A program made the translations under genes and the position numbers. The notes under the pieces were generated by a model. It searched no databases. It was not told the origin of the DNA and saw only the letters and a program-made list of their open reading frames with translations. From positions 256,001 through 320,000 of the IMG/VR virus record IMGVR_UViG_3300037247_001786: a stretch of 64,000 bases of DNA; one strand, written 5' to 3'. Positions 27,998 to 37,730 of this stretch are shown in pieces; the first letter of the stretch is position 1, and every line of letters begins with the position of its first letter. The stretch comes from a virus (Duplodnaviria; Caudoviricetes).

Positions 27998-28516
27998 ATG
28001 CAAAATATATATATTATGATGGGCTTGCCCGGTTCAGGTAAAACTACTTGGGCTAAGAGGATAGCGGCTATAACAGGAGCTATTATCGTTGGTAGAGATG
28101 ATATAAGATATATATTAAGACATAACCATATATATGATGGGTCAAAGAGGAATAAAAAATTTGTTTGGGACATCTCTCAATATATGATAAAAGAATCTTT
28201 GCAAAGAGGATTTGATATTATTCTGGATCAAATGAGCTTAACTAGCAAAAACAGAAAAGATACTGTAGATCTGGTAAAAAAATATGCACCTGGGGAAATT
28301 AGAATACTTGTACTGCACTGTACGGAAGAAGAGAATAACGTAGAGAGAAGAATGAAAAGCGATATGGCGTGGGGAGACGAAAAATACTATATTGATTTAA
28401 TGAATAAGTTAAAAAAAGAAATAGAATTTCCTGACAGTAAGAAAGAGGGATTTGACGGGGGAATTATAATTTCTCCCAATGCGAGTATAGATGAAGTATA
28501 TTCGGCTATCTCGTAA
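27998..28516 (+). CDS. AAA_33/polynucleotide-kinase-like P-loop kinase (second copy)
   Basis: GLPGSGKTT, GRDDIR and LDQMSL; paralogous to 26871. Confidence 0.8.
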   Translation: MQNIYIMMGLPGSGKTTWAKRIAAITGAIIVGRDDIRYILRHNHIYDGSKRNKKFVWDISQYMIKESLQRGFDIILDQMSLTSKNRKDTVDLVKKYAPGEIRILVLHCTEEENNVERRMKSDMAWGDEKYYIDLMNKLKKEIEFPDSKKEGFDGGIIISPNASIDEVYSAIS

Positions 28517-28544
28517 AAATAATTTATAGGAGAGAATAGAAAGG

Positions 28545-29171
28545 ATGGTAAGAATACAATCGCCAAATAAAATAATTTTGGCAAAAAAGAAAAAAAAGAA
28601 GATAAAGATTTTTTTAGACATGGATGGGTGTATTAGCGACTGGCTCGGGGCAGCTTGTAATCTTTGTGATATAGACTTAAATGATACCGATATCAGAGAA
28701 GGCTTAAAAAAGAAAAATGGTTTTTTAGAAGACTTCGTAGATGAAAAAGTATTATGGAAAAACATTGAAGAAGCAGGTGTAGGCTATTGGGAAAATTTAG
28801 ATATATTTCCTTGGGCTAAAAAACTTTATAAGAGTTTAGAAGAATTGGGAGATGATTTTTCTATATTATCTTCACCAGGGAAATTTACAGAAATAGCATC
28901 ACTAGCATGTGACGGCAAAGTTTTATGGCTGGATAAACATTTCGATAATAAAAAGAATTACATATTTGCGTATAATAAATCTATTTGTGCAAGTGAGAAT
29001 ACCATTCTCGTAGATGATAGTCAACATAAAATTGACCCATTTGTCGAAGAGGGAGGGCACGGTTTCTTATGGCCAAATCCTCTATCTTTGATAGACGGAG
29101 ATAAGGATGTCGATGATACTATAGATGAGTTAGTTGATTATATTGAGAGGATGAAAGATGGAGAAGTATAA
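28545..29171 (+). CDS. 5'(3')-deoxyribonucleotidase-like HAD phosphatase
   Basis: FLDMDG, ILSSP, GKVLWL and LVDD. Confidence 0.82.
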   Translation: MVRIQSPNKIILAKKKKKKIKIFLDMDGCISDWLGAACNLCDIDLNDTDIREGLKKKNGFLEDFVDEKVLWKNIEEAGVGYWENLDIFPWAKKLYKSLEELGDDFSILSSPGKFTEIASLACDGKVLWLDKHFDNKKNYIFAYNKSICASENTILVDDSQHKIDPFVEEGGHGFLWPNPLSLIDGDKDVDDTIDELVDYIERMKDGEV

Positions 29172-29553
29172 GGATGTTTATGAAGATTGGAAAAACTCCA
29201 CTGATATAGATAAATTTATTGACTATGATGAATATACCGATGGAAAAAAATATCTTGAAAATTTTTACAAAGAAATTGAGGCTGTTTTGGAGTTAGTTCC
29301 AGAAGGTCTTTTCTTGTCTCAATCTCCTGAACTTAATCCTTGGGAAGCTACCTTCCATTGGTATTCTGATGGAAGAATGTTAGAGATATTGATAGAGTCA
29401 GGAGAGGAATGTATTAAAGCTAGTAGGGAGCCTGACGCTTTCGCAGGGGAGTTTAAATTTGGAGACCCCTTTGATGGTTTTTATGAGAGTAAAATAGAGA
29501 TAGAAAACAAAGAGCGAATTAAGGAGCTATTTAAATGGCTTCTTGATGAATAA
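29158..29553 (+). CDS. Hypothetical protein
   Basis: GAGG RBS, tight packing. Confidence 0.7.
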   Translation: MEKYKDVYEDWKNSTDIDKFIDYDEYTDGKKYLENFYKEIEAVLELVPEGLFLSQSPELNPWEATFHWYSDGRMLEILIESGEECIKASREPDAFAGEFKFGDPFDGFYESKIEIENKERIKELFKWLLDE

Positions 29554-29578
29554 ATAGAATTAGCAGAGGAGAAAAAGA

Positions 29579-29893
29579 ATGATAGAATTAACAGATGATA
29601 GCTTCCAGGAGGAAGTAGAAAAATGCGACATACCTGTATTAGTTGATTTCTGGTCAACGTGGTGTAATCCCTGTAAAATGATGGCACCAATTCTTGAAGA
29701 AGTAGAAGAACACTTTTCAGATAAGATAAAAGTTTGCAAAGCCAATGTGGAAGATGTTCCTGATGTTATTTCGGAATATATGGTTGCCGCTCTTCCAACT
29801 TTAATATTAATAAAAGATGGTAATGTGATAAAAAAAGAAGTTGGATTAAAAACTAAAGATGCACTGATCTCGATGATAGAAGAGGTCTTGTAA
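29579..29893 (+). CDS. trxA: Thioredoxin
   Basis: LVDFWSTWCNPCKM and cis-Pro LPT. Confidence 0.92.
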   Translation: MIELTDDSFQEEVEKCDIPVLVDFWSTWCNPCKMMAPILEEVEEHFSDKIKVCKANVEDVPDVISEYMVAALPTLILIKDGNVIKKEVGLKTKDALISMIEEVL

Positions 29894-29897
29894 TTAC

Positions 29898-30188
29898 ATG
29901 GAAGATAAATGGTATTCGTTAAGATGTAGAGTATTGTTAGCAGAGGAACTTAGAGTATCTCCAGATGATTTAGATATAGAATCAATTTCAGAGATGTTCC
30001 AGAACGCTGACTATCAAGAAAAAGATGAGGAAGGGGCTTATCGAGCCGTTTTGCGTCCTGAAACGAAAAGGCAAGAAGAAGCGATTGTCAATAACTACTA
30101 TGAGGTTATTGTCAATAGAATGATATGCGAAGAGTATCCTTTTCAAGGATTTTTTGATCATATTCGTTCTATTCGGGGGCTTAAATAG
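29898..30188 (+). CDS. Hypothetical protein
   Basis: Tight packing. Confidence 0.65.
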   Translation: MEDKWYSLRCRVLLAEELRVSPDDLDIESISEMFQNADYQEKDEEGAYRAVLRPETKRQEEAIVNNYYEVIVNRMICEEYPFQGFFDHIRSIRGLK

Positions 30189-30462
30189 GTTGAAAATGCT
30201 CAGCACCTTTTTTATCTGTAAAGTGGACTACTGTTCCCATAGTAGAGGAGTATATTCCGTGAATGGTAATTTTCCCTTTATGCAATAAGCGATGACAGCT
30301 AGTGCAGAGACAGATACAATTTGTTGTTTCGTATTTGCCCCCGTCAGCTCCTGGAGTCCCCCAACGATGAACATCTAAAAGGTCATAATCGTCTTCGTGA
30401 CAGAGAGAACATTGCTTTGCTCTTTGTTTGAATAATTTTTTTGAACCAAATGGCTTTTTCAT
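30181..30462 (-). CDS. Small HNH endonuclease-like protein
   Basis: CSLC...DVH...NCICLCTSCH. Confidence 0.75.
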   Translation of the reverse strand: MKKPFGSKKLFKQRAKQCSLCHEDDYDLLDVHRWGTPGADGGKYETTNCICLCTSCHRLLHKGKITIHGIYSSTMGTVVHFTDKKGAEHFQPI

Positions 30463-30477
30463 ATTTTATCCGTAGAA

Positions 30478-30501
30478 AAGTGAAACTATATAATATACTA
30501 T
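30478..30501 (+). promoter_or_regulatory. Promoter motif AAGTGA-N12-TACTAT
   Basis: Upstream of ssb. Confidence 0.7.
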
Positions 30502-30554
30502 CTAATAATCGAAATATAAATAAATAAAGTTTAATTTAAAAAGGAGAACTAAAA

Positions 30555-30935
30555 ATGAATTTTAACAAAGTTATTTTGATGGGTCGCTTAACAGCAGATC
30601 CAGAACTAAAAAGTGGAAACAACTCTAAATATGTAGATTTTTCCATTGCGGTAAACAGGGCTTACAAAGAGAATAAGGAAGTCCATTTTTTCAATTGTAG
30701 GTCTTATGGTCCTATTGCGGAAACTATCAGTAAGCATTTCCAAAAAGGAAGACCTATTCTTATCGAGGGTCGTCTAGACAACAATCGTTGGGAAGATGAA
30801 AAAGGGAAACACAGTATTGTGAGAATCATAGCGGAAGAATTTGAGTTTGTTGATTCTCCAAAGAAAAACGATACACAGGAGAATACGACTCCAGTAGTAG
30901 GAGTTTCAGGAACTGGCGGATACGATCCCCTTTAA
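30555..30935 (+). CDS. ssb: Single-stranded DNA-binding protein
   Basis: NKVILMGRLTADPE, FSIAVNR, KGRPILIEGRL and acidic C-terminal tip DPL. Confidence 0.93.
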   Translation: MNFNKVILMGRLTADPELKSGNNSKYVDFSIAVNRAYKENKEVHFFNCRSYGPIAETISKHFQKGRPILIEGRLDNNRWEDEKGKHSIVRIIAEEFEFVDSPKKNDTQENTTPVVGVSGTGGYDPL

Positions 30936-30947
30936 AGGAGTGCCCAA

Positions 30948-31805
30948 ATGATAAAATTGAAAAAATTAAAATTAACTAACTATTGCGGATTTCAATCACT
31001 TGATATAGATTTTGATTCATGGACGATTTTATATGGGCCGAATGGCTCTTTTAAGAGTAGTTTGCTAGAAGCAGTAAGAATGGTCTCTTGTCCAATGACC
31101 TTTACAAGAGATTGTTCTCTGCTTTTTCGTAAATTAACTTATCATCCTGATTACAAACCAGGTTATGAGGGTTTTGATACTAGCAGGACAGAACTGCATA
31201 TAGAAGGTATTTTTGAAACTACTGATGGAGATAAAAAAGTTATTATCCAAAATGATTGGACACCCGAAGGGTCAGGAACTATATGTAATGAGATAAGTGA
31301 GATATCTCAAAGTCCCACTATCTATATTGATGCAGATCATCCCTTAAATATGAGTAGATTTCAGTTGATAGGAAAATATCAGAAAGAATTCGTAGATTTT
31401 GCTAAAGTAGTATATGGTTTAGATTGTTATCTAGATACTAAAAGAGGTAACGTATGCCAGACATACGATGCCGAGACAAGGGAAACTATCGAATTTATTA
31501 CAGATTTTATTATAGTTAAAAAAGGTAATACTAAAGTTCATTTTAAAAGTATGAGTGATGGCGAAAAGAAAATAGCAACTTTGCTTAGAACTCTTTTTAA
31601 TAGATGTTATAAAAATGATGAAAATACAAATGATATAATCTTGATTGATAATATTGCTCAACACATATACTTTAAAAGGCATATGATATTAATAGAAAAA
31701 CTTAAAGAATATTTTCCAAATAAACAATTTATTATTACCACCCACTCCCCTGTTATTATTGATCAAATGGATAAAAACTGCCTATTAGATATGGAAAATA
31801 TTTAA
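30948..31805 (+). CDS. ABC/SMC-like ATPase (AAA_21/RecF-type) with degenerate Walker motifs
   Basis: LTNYCGF, GPNGSFKS, MSDGEKK signature, ILIDN and TTHSP. Confidence 0.75.
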   Translation: MIKLKKLKLTNYCGFQSLDIDFDSWTILYGPNGSFKSSLLEAVRMVSCPMTFTRDCSLLFRKLTYHPDYKPGYEGFDTSRTELHIEGIFETTDGDKKVIIQNDWTPEGSGTICNEISEISQSPTIYIDADHPLNMSRFQLIGKYQKEFVDFAKVVYGLDCYLDTKRGNVCQTYDAETRETIEFITDFIIVKKGNTKVHFKSMSDGEKKIATLLRTLFNRCYKNDENTNDIILIDNIAQHIYFKRHMILIEKLKEYFPNKQFIITTHSPVIIDQMDKNCLLDMENI

Positions 31806-31821
31806 AATTATCGGAGAAGAA

Positions 31822-32058
31822 ATGAGTAGTAAATTAGATAAAATAAGTGTAGGTTACTCCGGTCTTACAGATTCGATATACTTATATCGGTTTGGTAAAG
31901 ACCAAGGTGAAGCTCTCGATAAGAGAGATGCAGAGAAAGATGTTCTTGCTTGTATTACAGAAAAAATGATGTGGGGAGCAGACAAAGGGTCATCGATGGA
32001 ATACCGTTTTGGCGAACAAAAATACAAAATAACAGTAGAAAAAATTGAAGGAGTTTAA
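31822..32058 (+). CDS. Hypothetical protein
   Basis: GGAG RBS. Confidence 0.7.
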   Translation: MSSKLDKISVGYSGLTDSIYLYRFGKDQGEALDKRDAEKDVLACITEKMMWGADKGSSMEYRFGEQKYKITVEKIEGV

Positions 32059-32061
32059 GTA

Positions 32062-32409
32062 ATGGAAAAAGTCTGCTGCGTAGATATGGACGGGACAATA
32101 TGTGAGTTCGCTTATCCTGATTTTGGAGAGCCTCAACCAGGCGTAAAAGAAGCTCTTCAGAAGATAAAAGATATGGGTTATGAGATTGAGATATTATCTT
32201 GTAGAACTAATCATGAACTTAAAAAATACCCTATTGATAGACAAGAGCAAGTTAGGATGATGGAAGAATATCTTAATAAGCATGAGATACCATATGATAG
32301 AGTTCTAAATAAAGACAAGCCTCTGGCTATTTGGTATATAGATGATAGGGCAATAGGGTTCAGAGATAATTGGGAAGATGTAGTTAAGGAAATTGAAGAA
32401 AATGGATAA
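32062..32409 (+). CDS. Minimal HAD-superfamily phosphatase
   Basis: VDMDGT, ILSCR, KP and YIDDRA. Confidence 0.8.
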   Translation: MEKVCCVDMDGTICEFAYPDFGEPQPGVKEALQKIKDMGYEIEILSCRTNHELKKYPIDRQEQVRMMEEYLNKHEIPYDRVLNKDKPLAIWYIDDRAIGFRDNWEDVVKEIEENG

Positions 32410-33034
32410 TAGAAAAAAAGCAGAATTGGTATTCGAAGAAGAACTAGCATTTATAAAAAACATTTTAATAAAAGAGTTTGTATTAGAATGTTTTGATAAG
32501 TTAACGCCTGATTATTTTTGGGATGGTCCTGCATCTTCGACTGGCAAACATCATCCTAAAATTTCAAATAAAAAACATGGACTCGTTCTTCATACTAAAC
32601 TTTGTGTTTGGTGGGGGCGTAAATTGCATGAGACTTTGTATGCCGGAGAAACTGATTTAGATATTTGTATTGCAGCTTGTCTCTTGCATGATTTGCAAAA
32701 ATTCGGCACTACTCTAAATAAAGATGGCTCCCCCACACTTCCCAAATATTCAAGTATCCACGGGATATTATTAGCAGTGCAATTAGAAGATATCGATTCT
32801 TCTATGACTTGTTTTTGTAAAATAAAAGATAAGACACAGTCCATAATTGATGCTGTAGCTATGCATATGGGGAACTGGACAAATGAAAAAATAAGAAGCA
32901 AATGGTTTGAAGGTAATGATTCCTTACAAGAAGAAATGCTTATAGTTCATTTAGCAGATTATTGTGCTTCGAAAAAAGTGTACGAGAAAATGGACAAATT
33001 GGATAAGTGGGAATTCCCAGAGGAAGCAAAATAA
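32402..33034 (+). CDS. HD-domain phosphohydrolase
   Basis: ASSTGKHH, HTK, LLHDLQK, HMG and HLADY. Confidence 0.82.
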   Translation: MDNRKKAELVFEEELAFIKNILIKEFVLECFDKLTPDYFWDGPASSTGKHHPKISNKKHGLVLHTKLCVWWGRKLHETLYAGETDLDICIAACLLHDLQKFGTTLNKDGSPTLPKYSSIHGILLAVQLEDIDSSMTCFCKIKDKTQSIIDAVAMHMGNWTNEKIRSKWFEGNDSLQEEMLIVHLADYCASKKVYEKMDKLDKWEFPEEAK

Positions 33035-33219
33035 TGGCATGGATCAATTTAGAAGTAATGGGTGACGGTGATAAAGTCAAAGATATTAAAAGCGTTAGAA
33101 TTATGACGGATGACGATGGAGAGCCTGCTATGTTCGCAACGATGGCAGAAGCAGATTATTGGTGTGAGTCCCATTACGAGCCGGGAGCATTGTATGAACA
33201 GATTGAGATATGGGGATGA
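33034..33219 (+). CDS. Hypothetical protein
   Basis: ATG at 33034 overlaps the upstream stop. Confidence 0.6.
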   Translation: MAWINLEVMGDGDKVKDIKSVRIMTDDDGEPAMFATMAEADYWCESHYEPGALYEQIEIWG

Positions 33220-33413
33220 CGAAAAAGAAATTAGAGCAATTATTCGATCTCGCCGAAGAATTATATTTGGAAGAGTTGAAAAAATCAGGAATGGCAGTAT
33301 TGCCTTATGCTTGGGCAAAAAATGATGAAACAGGAGCATTTTTGGCTTTTTCTTGGTTCGGAAAATGTTCAGATAAAATGGAAGAAAAACTTAAGGAGAT
33401 AAAAGACGCATGA
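33210..33413 (+). CDS. Hypothetical protein
   Basis: Tight packing. Confidence 0.6.
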   Translation: MGMTKKKLEQLFDLAEELYLEELKKSGMAVLPYAWAKNDETGAFLAFSWFGKCSDKMEEKLKEIKDA

Positions 33414-33814
33414 AAATTAGAAGAGGCTTTGTAAGTAATAGCAGTTCAAGTAGTTTTATAGCTGGCTTCCCAAAAGATATGAGTGACGAAAATAGGAAAG
33501 AACGAGTTATCGAAGAGCTGGGAGTTGATGAAAATTCATTTTTCTATGATGTAGCAAAACAGATTGCTGATTGTATAGTTGATTCAATTGTTATAAAAGA
33601 TAGAGAAGAGTTTGCGAAAGAGAATTATCTTGATTCTTGGGATCTCATTGAAGAATATGAAAAATCACTCTTTATAAAGTGTGAAGATCAAGGATTTGAT
33701 TACCTGACAGGATCTGCTAGTAATGAATCGTTTGACGATATGGGAGAGATGATATTGTACGATAGGTGTTGGGGAGTAGATGAGGATGATTTTTTTATAG
33801 TTAAAAATTATTAG
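33410..33814 (+). CDS. Phage hypothetical protein of the MKIRxGFVSNSSSSSF type
   Basis: Characteristic N-terminus; AAGGAG RBS. Confidence 0.8.
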   Translation: MKIRRGFVSNSSSSSFIAGFPKDMSDENRKERVIEELGVDENSFFYDVAKQIADCIVDSIVIKDREEFAKENYLDSWDLIEEYEKSLFIKCEDQGFDYLTGSASNESFDDMGEMILYDRCWGVDEDDFFIVKNY

Positions 33815-33828
33815 AGAGAAAATATTTT

Positions 33829-34002
33829 ATGGCAAGTGATTCAAGAGAAATACAAATTATGAGGGCTATATGTTGGGAAAGAGCTAAGGGGGAGTTGGGA
33901 GCTTTGGTCGAGACATATTGGGAAGAGGGTAACTGCAAAAAGATGCAAGAAGAAATTAATAAATTTATAGACATAGTTGAAAATGACGAACTTTTTACAT
34001 AG
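33829..34002 (+). CDS. Small hypothetical protein (57 aa; absent from the ORF track)
   Basis: Manual translation MASDSREIQIMRAICWERAKGELGAL... fills the gap. Confidence 0.65.
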   Translation: MASDSREIQIMRAICWERAKGELGALVETYWEEGNCKKMQEEINKFIDIVENDELFT

Positions 34003-34016
34003 GGAGAAATATTTAG

Positions 34017-34553
34017 ATGATAAGAAGAATTAACTTTTTTGGTGGACCTTGTACTTGCAAAAGTACGAATGCGGCTTTTATTTTCGCGGAATTAAAAAAG
34101 AGAGGATTAAGTGCTGAATTGGTAGATGAATATATTAAGTTCTGGACGTATATTCCGAGAGTACCAAAAGGTTTCGATTCATTATATGTTCAAGCGAAAC
34201 AAATACATAAAGAAGATACAATCCTAAGAGCAGGAACAGATTTTATTGTAAGCGACTCACCAATTATGCTTCAATATTATTACGCTAAGCACCATAATAC
34301 TCCTGCTCAAAAACAAATGTTAGAGATAGCATGTGAATTTGAAGAAATGTATCCTTCCATCAATATCCTACTAACTAGGAATGACGCCGATTATAATGAA
34401 TTGGGAAGATATGAAACCCTAGAACAAGCTAAAGAGATTGATATGGAGCTGGAGGAAGTTCTTGACAATACTTGTACTTGGTACGAATGTCGAGATTGCC
34501 ACGATAATGAAGGAATATTAGATTATGTATTGGGAGAGATAGATAATGAATAG
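34017..34553 (+). CDS. NadR/Ttd14-like (AAA_28) P-loop kinase
   Basis: GGPCTCKST, VDEYIK, IVSDSP and GRYET. Confidence 0.72.
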   Translation: MIRRINFFGGPCTCKSTNAAFIFAELKKRGLSAELVDEYIKFWTYIPRVPKGFDSLYVQAKQIHKEDTILRAGTDFIVSDSPIMLQYYYAKHHNTPAQKQMLEIACEFEEMYPSINILLTRNDADYNELGRYETLEQAKEIDMELEEVLDNTCTWYECRDCHDNEGILDYVLGEIDNE

Positions 34554-35049
34554 TAGTTATGTTGTTGAAAGAACATGGATGACGGAATCTGGATTAAAAG
34601 CTTGTTGTGTTCTTTGTAGAGGAACACATAGATGCGGATATGTTGGAGTTAATGAAGATAATTTTCTTTATGGAGTAAAATGTAGCCAATCTATAGAAAA
34701 GCTTAAAGACGCATATCATAAAGCAATGGATATAAATATGGATGATAATAAAAGAAATAGTATTTCTATCTTATCTAATTCCATGAAAGATGAGGAAGAG
34801 AGGTACAGCCCAGAGATGGCATTTAATGTTCATGGGGGATTAACATTTTCTAACGGAGGAGGGGACAATGACTACCCTATACCTGGAGATACTTGGTGGT
34901 TTGGTTTCGATTGTGCTCATTTAGGAGATGCGAATATAGATGGTTCAGGATATTGCGAAGACGATGCTGTTGTTAGAAGTTTTGACTACGTCGTCGATGA
35001 GTGCGAAAACTTAGCTCAACAAATTGCATTAGTAACAAAAAATAAATAG
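34546..35049 (+). CDS. Phage hypothetical protein
   Basis: HRCGYV...VHGGLTF...WWFGFDCAH motif string. Confidence 0.75.
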   Translation: MNSSYVVERTWMTESGLKACCVLCRGTHRCGYVGVNEDNFLYGVKCSQSIEKLKDAYHKAMDINMDDNKRNSISILSNSMKDEEERYSPEMAFNVHGGLTFSNGGGDNDYPIPGDTWWFGFDCAHLGDANIDGSGYCEDDAVVRSFDYVVDECENLAQQIALVTKNK

Positions 35050-35065
35050 GAGATTTTTTACTGTA

Positions 35066-36097
35066 ATGAGTCGTTATCAAATAATAGAAGGCGATTCGTC
35101 TGAAGCTCTAAAGCAGTTTCCAGATAATCATTTTCATTGTATAGTTACCAGCCCTCCATATTGGCAGTTGAGGGACTATTTCTGTGAGGGGCAGTTAGGT
35201 ATGGAAGCTACTCCAAATGAGTATGTGAGCAATCTGGTGGCGATTATGAGGGAATCTAAAAGAGTTCTTCGTAAGGATGGGGTAATGTGGATGGTTATGG
35301 GAGATACATACTCTACACCTAAGAAGGGGAATACCCAAGATAACGTCAATAGCAAACTGAGAAGAGATAAACTTCACGATCAACATATTGACAAAAAGAC
35401 CCCTAAAGGGATGAAGAAGAAGAATCTTATAGGAATTCCTTGGAAAGTAGCTTTCGGTCTTCAAGATGATGGTTGGATATTGCGTTGTGATATAATTTGG
35501 AGTAAAGTTAATCCAATGCCAGATGGGGCTAAAGATCGTCCAACTCGTTCTCATGAATATGTTTTTATGTTTACTAAAGAAGAGAAATATTATTACGACC
35601 ACTTTGCTGTAATGGAAAAAGCTAAAACAAAGAAAAAAAATACGAGAAAGTTCGGAGCCAATAATCAGAAAGGCACTTTTCGTCAAGACCAGGATAGATT
35701 TTTTACTGATAATGGAAAAAGAAATAAGAGATCAGTATGGACAACTCCTGTAGCGAGTAGTGGAGGTAAACATTTTGGAGTTTTTCCAGAAAAGTTAATT
35801 GAACCTTGTATTTTATCGAGTACTTCTTCTTACGGGTGTTGTTCTGTTTGCAACTCTCCTTGGAAAATGAAGTACGATAAGAAACAGGATGAGTATGATT
35901 GGATACCTACTTGTAAGTGTGGGGAAAAGAATAGTATAGTTAACTGTCGAGTTTTAGATCCTTTTTCTGGAGTTTCGACTACGGGTGTAGTTTGTGTAAA
36001 GTATGATGTTGATTATGTTGGGATAGAACTAAACCCAGAATATGTTGAAGCTGCTCAGGAGAGGTTAGATATGATTGATCCTATTTTTGGAGATTAA
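35066..36097 (+). CDS. DNA methyltransferase (N4-C/N6-A, beta class)
   Basis: TSPPY, IIWSK.NPMP, HEYVF and LDPFSGVSTTG. Confidence 0.9.
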   Translation: MSRYQIIEGDSSEALKQFPDNHFHCIVTSPPYWQLRDYFCEGQLGMEATPNEYVSNLVAIMRESKRVLRKDGVMWMVMGDTYSTPKKGNTQDNVNSKLRRDKLHDQHIDKKTPKGMKKKNLIGIPWKVAFGLQDDGWILRCDIIWSKVNPMPDGAKDRPTRSHEYVFMFTKEEKYYYDHFAVMEKAKTKKKNTRKFGANNQKGTFRQDQDRFFTDNGKRNKRSVWTTPVASSGGKHFGVFPEKLIEPCILSSTSSYGCCSVCNSPWKMKYDKKQDEYDWIPTCKCGEKNSIVNCRVLDPFSGVSTTGVVCVKYDVDYVGIELNPEYVEAAQERLDMIDPIFGD

Positions 36098-36100
36098 ACT

Positions 36101-36295
36101 ATGAAAGGCGATAAGCATAAACCAAAAGGTACTTTTGCTAGATGGGTAGACGCATTTTGCGATGGGCTATATGCACCAAAAGAACCACATTATAGAGTTC
36201 CATCTATGACTGATGGCAAAAAGTATACAAGAAGATGGAGACGAAGAAAAGAAAAGTTAGAATTAAAAGACGAGAAAAATAAATATGAAGAATAA
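36101..36295 (+). CDS. Small basic hypothetical protein
   Basis: GGAG RBS. Confidence 0.55.
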   Translation: MKGDKHKPKGTFARWVDAFCDGLYAPKEPHYRVPSMTDGKKYTRRWRRRKEKLELKDEKNKYEE

Positions 36296-36509
36296 CTGGA
36301 CAGAAGAGTTTGAAAATATGATAGTAGAGGATGAGTGTCCTCGATGCAGTTGGTATCCTGATTGCGATGATTGCATTATTGCATATAGTCCTCAAAGATA
36401 CTCCCACAGTCTATCTATGTTGTCCTCATTTCCCCAATATACTTGGACCGAGATATATGATTGTCCAGAATGTTCTACTAAATTTAAAATGGGGGCTGAA
36501 TCATGTTAG
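36285..36509 (+). CDS. Small Cys-rich protein
   Basis: CPRC, CDDC and CPEC. Confidence 0.6.
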   Translation: MKNNWTEEFENMIVEDECPRCSWYPDCDDCIIAYSPQRYSHSLSMLSSFPQYTWTEIYDCPECSTKFKMGAESC

Positions 36510-37039
36510 AAAAAAAATATGAAGTTAAAAGCAGATTAAAAGTATGTGGTTGTTGTCAGTCATTTGATAAGGATACTGGAGAATATTTTCCTCCCAAAAA
36601 ATTTGAAGAACATAAAGATTATTTAGAATGTACCAATCCAGAATGTTTAGAAGTTTTTAGTACCATACCTATGTTTGAATTTGCTTATTGTTGTCCAGAT
36701 TGCGGTTTTGATTGTCCAGTAGAGGACGAACATTATCAAGTTAGAGACGATGGCTCTTGGAACATATTTCCATATGAACTATTAAATTATAAACCAGTGA
36801 TTACTGAATCTAAAGAAACAGACCCTAACATTATCCTAATAGAAGAAATGGATAAAATTATGAAGGTCAAATTACCTCCTATGCCAGACGATCTAAAAGA
36901 ACTTGAAATTATTGAAGGTAAAGATATTTATCCAAAATGTACAGACGAGTATCTTGATTATGAGGGAAATTATAGTTGGACAGAAACTCATTACTGTCCT
37001 CACTGTAAAAAAGAATATGATTTTTTTAATGGGAATTAA
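36503..37039 (+). CDS. Cys-rich hypothetical protein
   Basis: Several CxxC pairs. Confidence 0.7.
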   Translation: MLEKKYEVKSRLKVCGCCQSFDKDTGEYFPPKKFEEHKDYLECTNPECLEVFSTIPMFEFAYCCPDCGFDCPVEDEHYQVRDDGSWNIFPYELLNYKPVITESKETDPNIILIEEMDKIMKVKLPPMPDDLKELEIIEGKDIYPKCTDEYLDYEGNYSWTETHYCPHCKKEYDFFNGN

Positions 37040-37042
37040 AAT

Positions 37043-37222
37043 ATGGATCATCAATTACCAAGTTGGCAATGTCAATGTTGCGGGAAAAATTATTATGAAG
37101 ACCTAAAAACAATGGGTTATAAATGTACAAAGTGCGGAGCTGAATATAAATTTGGTTATACAGTGACGCATGTCGATAAAGATGGAGTAGAGGAAGTATT
37201 ACATAGGAAAGAGATAAAATGA
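37043..37222 (+). CDS. Small zinc-ribbon protein (59 aa; absent from the ORF track)
   Basis: Manual translation MDHQLPSWQCQCCG...CTKCG... Confidence 0.65.
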   Translation: MDHQLPSWQCQCCGKNYYEDLKTMGYKCTKCGAEYKFGYTVTHVDKDGVEEVLHRKEIK

Positions 37223-37467
37223 TAAAAACTAAGACAGTAACTTATGAGCATAACGTAGTTGTTTCTAAGATTTGCGATAAATGTAAAAAAGAATATGATG
37301 CAGAAAAGGATAGAGATGAATGTCAGGAGTTTCATGCGGTCAGTTTCGTAGGAGGATATGGATCTATCTTCGGTGACGGTACGGGAATTCATTGCGACTT
37401 ATGCCAGCATTGTCTCCTCGATATTATAAAAGATTATATGAGAATAAGTGAGTATAAATATTATTAG
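37219..37467 (+). CDS. Hypothetical CxxC protein
   Basis: CDKC...CDLCQHC. Confidence 0.7.
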   Translation: MIKTKTVTYEHNVVVSKICDKCKKEYDAEKDRDECQEFHAVSFVGGYGSIFGDGTGIHCDLCQHCLLDIIKDYMRISEYKYY

Positions 37468-37478
37468 GATTTATATAA

Positions 37479-37694
37479 ATGAAGTATTGTGTAAAATTAG
37501 GTAATTGTTTAGATGAGTTGAAGAATATACCAGATGGGTCTTGTCGATGTTGCGTCACTTCTCCACCATATTGGGGTTTAAGACAATATCTATTCGATGG
37601 TGCGGTCATACTAGATAACAAGTTAAGCGATGAGGAAAAAGAGATTATCGAAAAAGAGTTAGAGGACTATGGAATCAAACCCAAATCATCTTAA
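37479..37694 (+). CDS. Split DNA methyltransferase, N-terminal part (SPPY motif)
   Basis: GNCLDELKNIPDGSCRCCVTSPPYWGLRQY aligns with the N-terminus of 35066. Confidence 0.8.
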   Translation: MKYCVKLGNCLDELKNIPDGSCRCCVTSPPYWGLRQYLFDGAVILDNKLSDEEKEIIEKELEDYGIKPKSS

Positions 37695-37730
37695 TAAAGA
37701 TTGGATATATGAACATAAGGATTTTATAAA

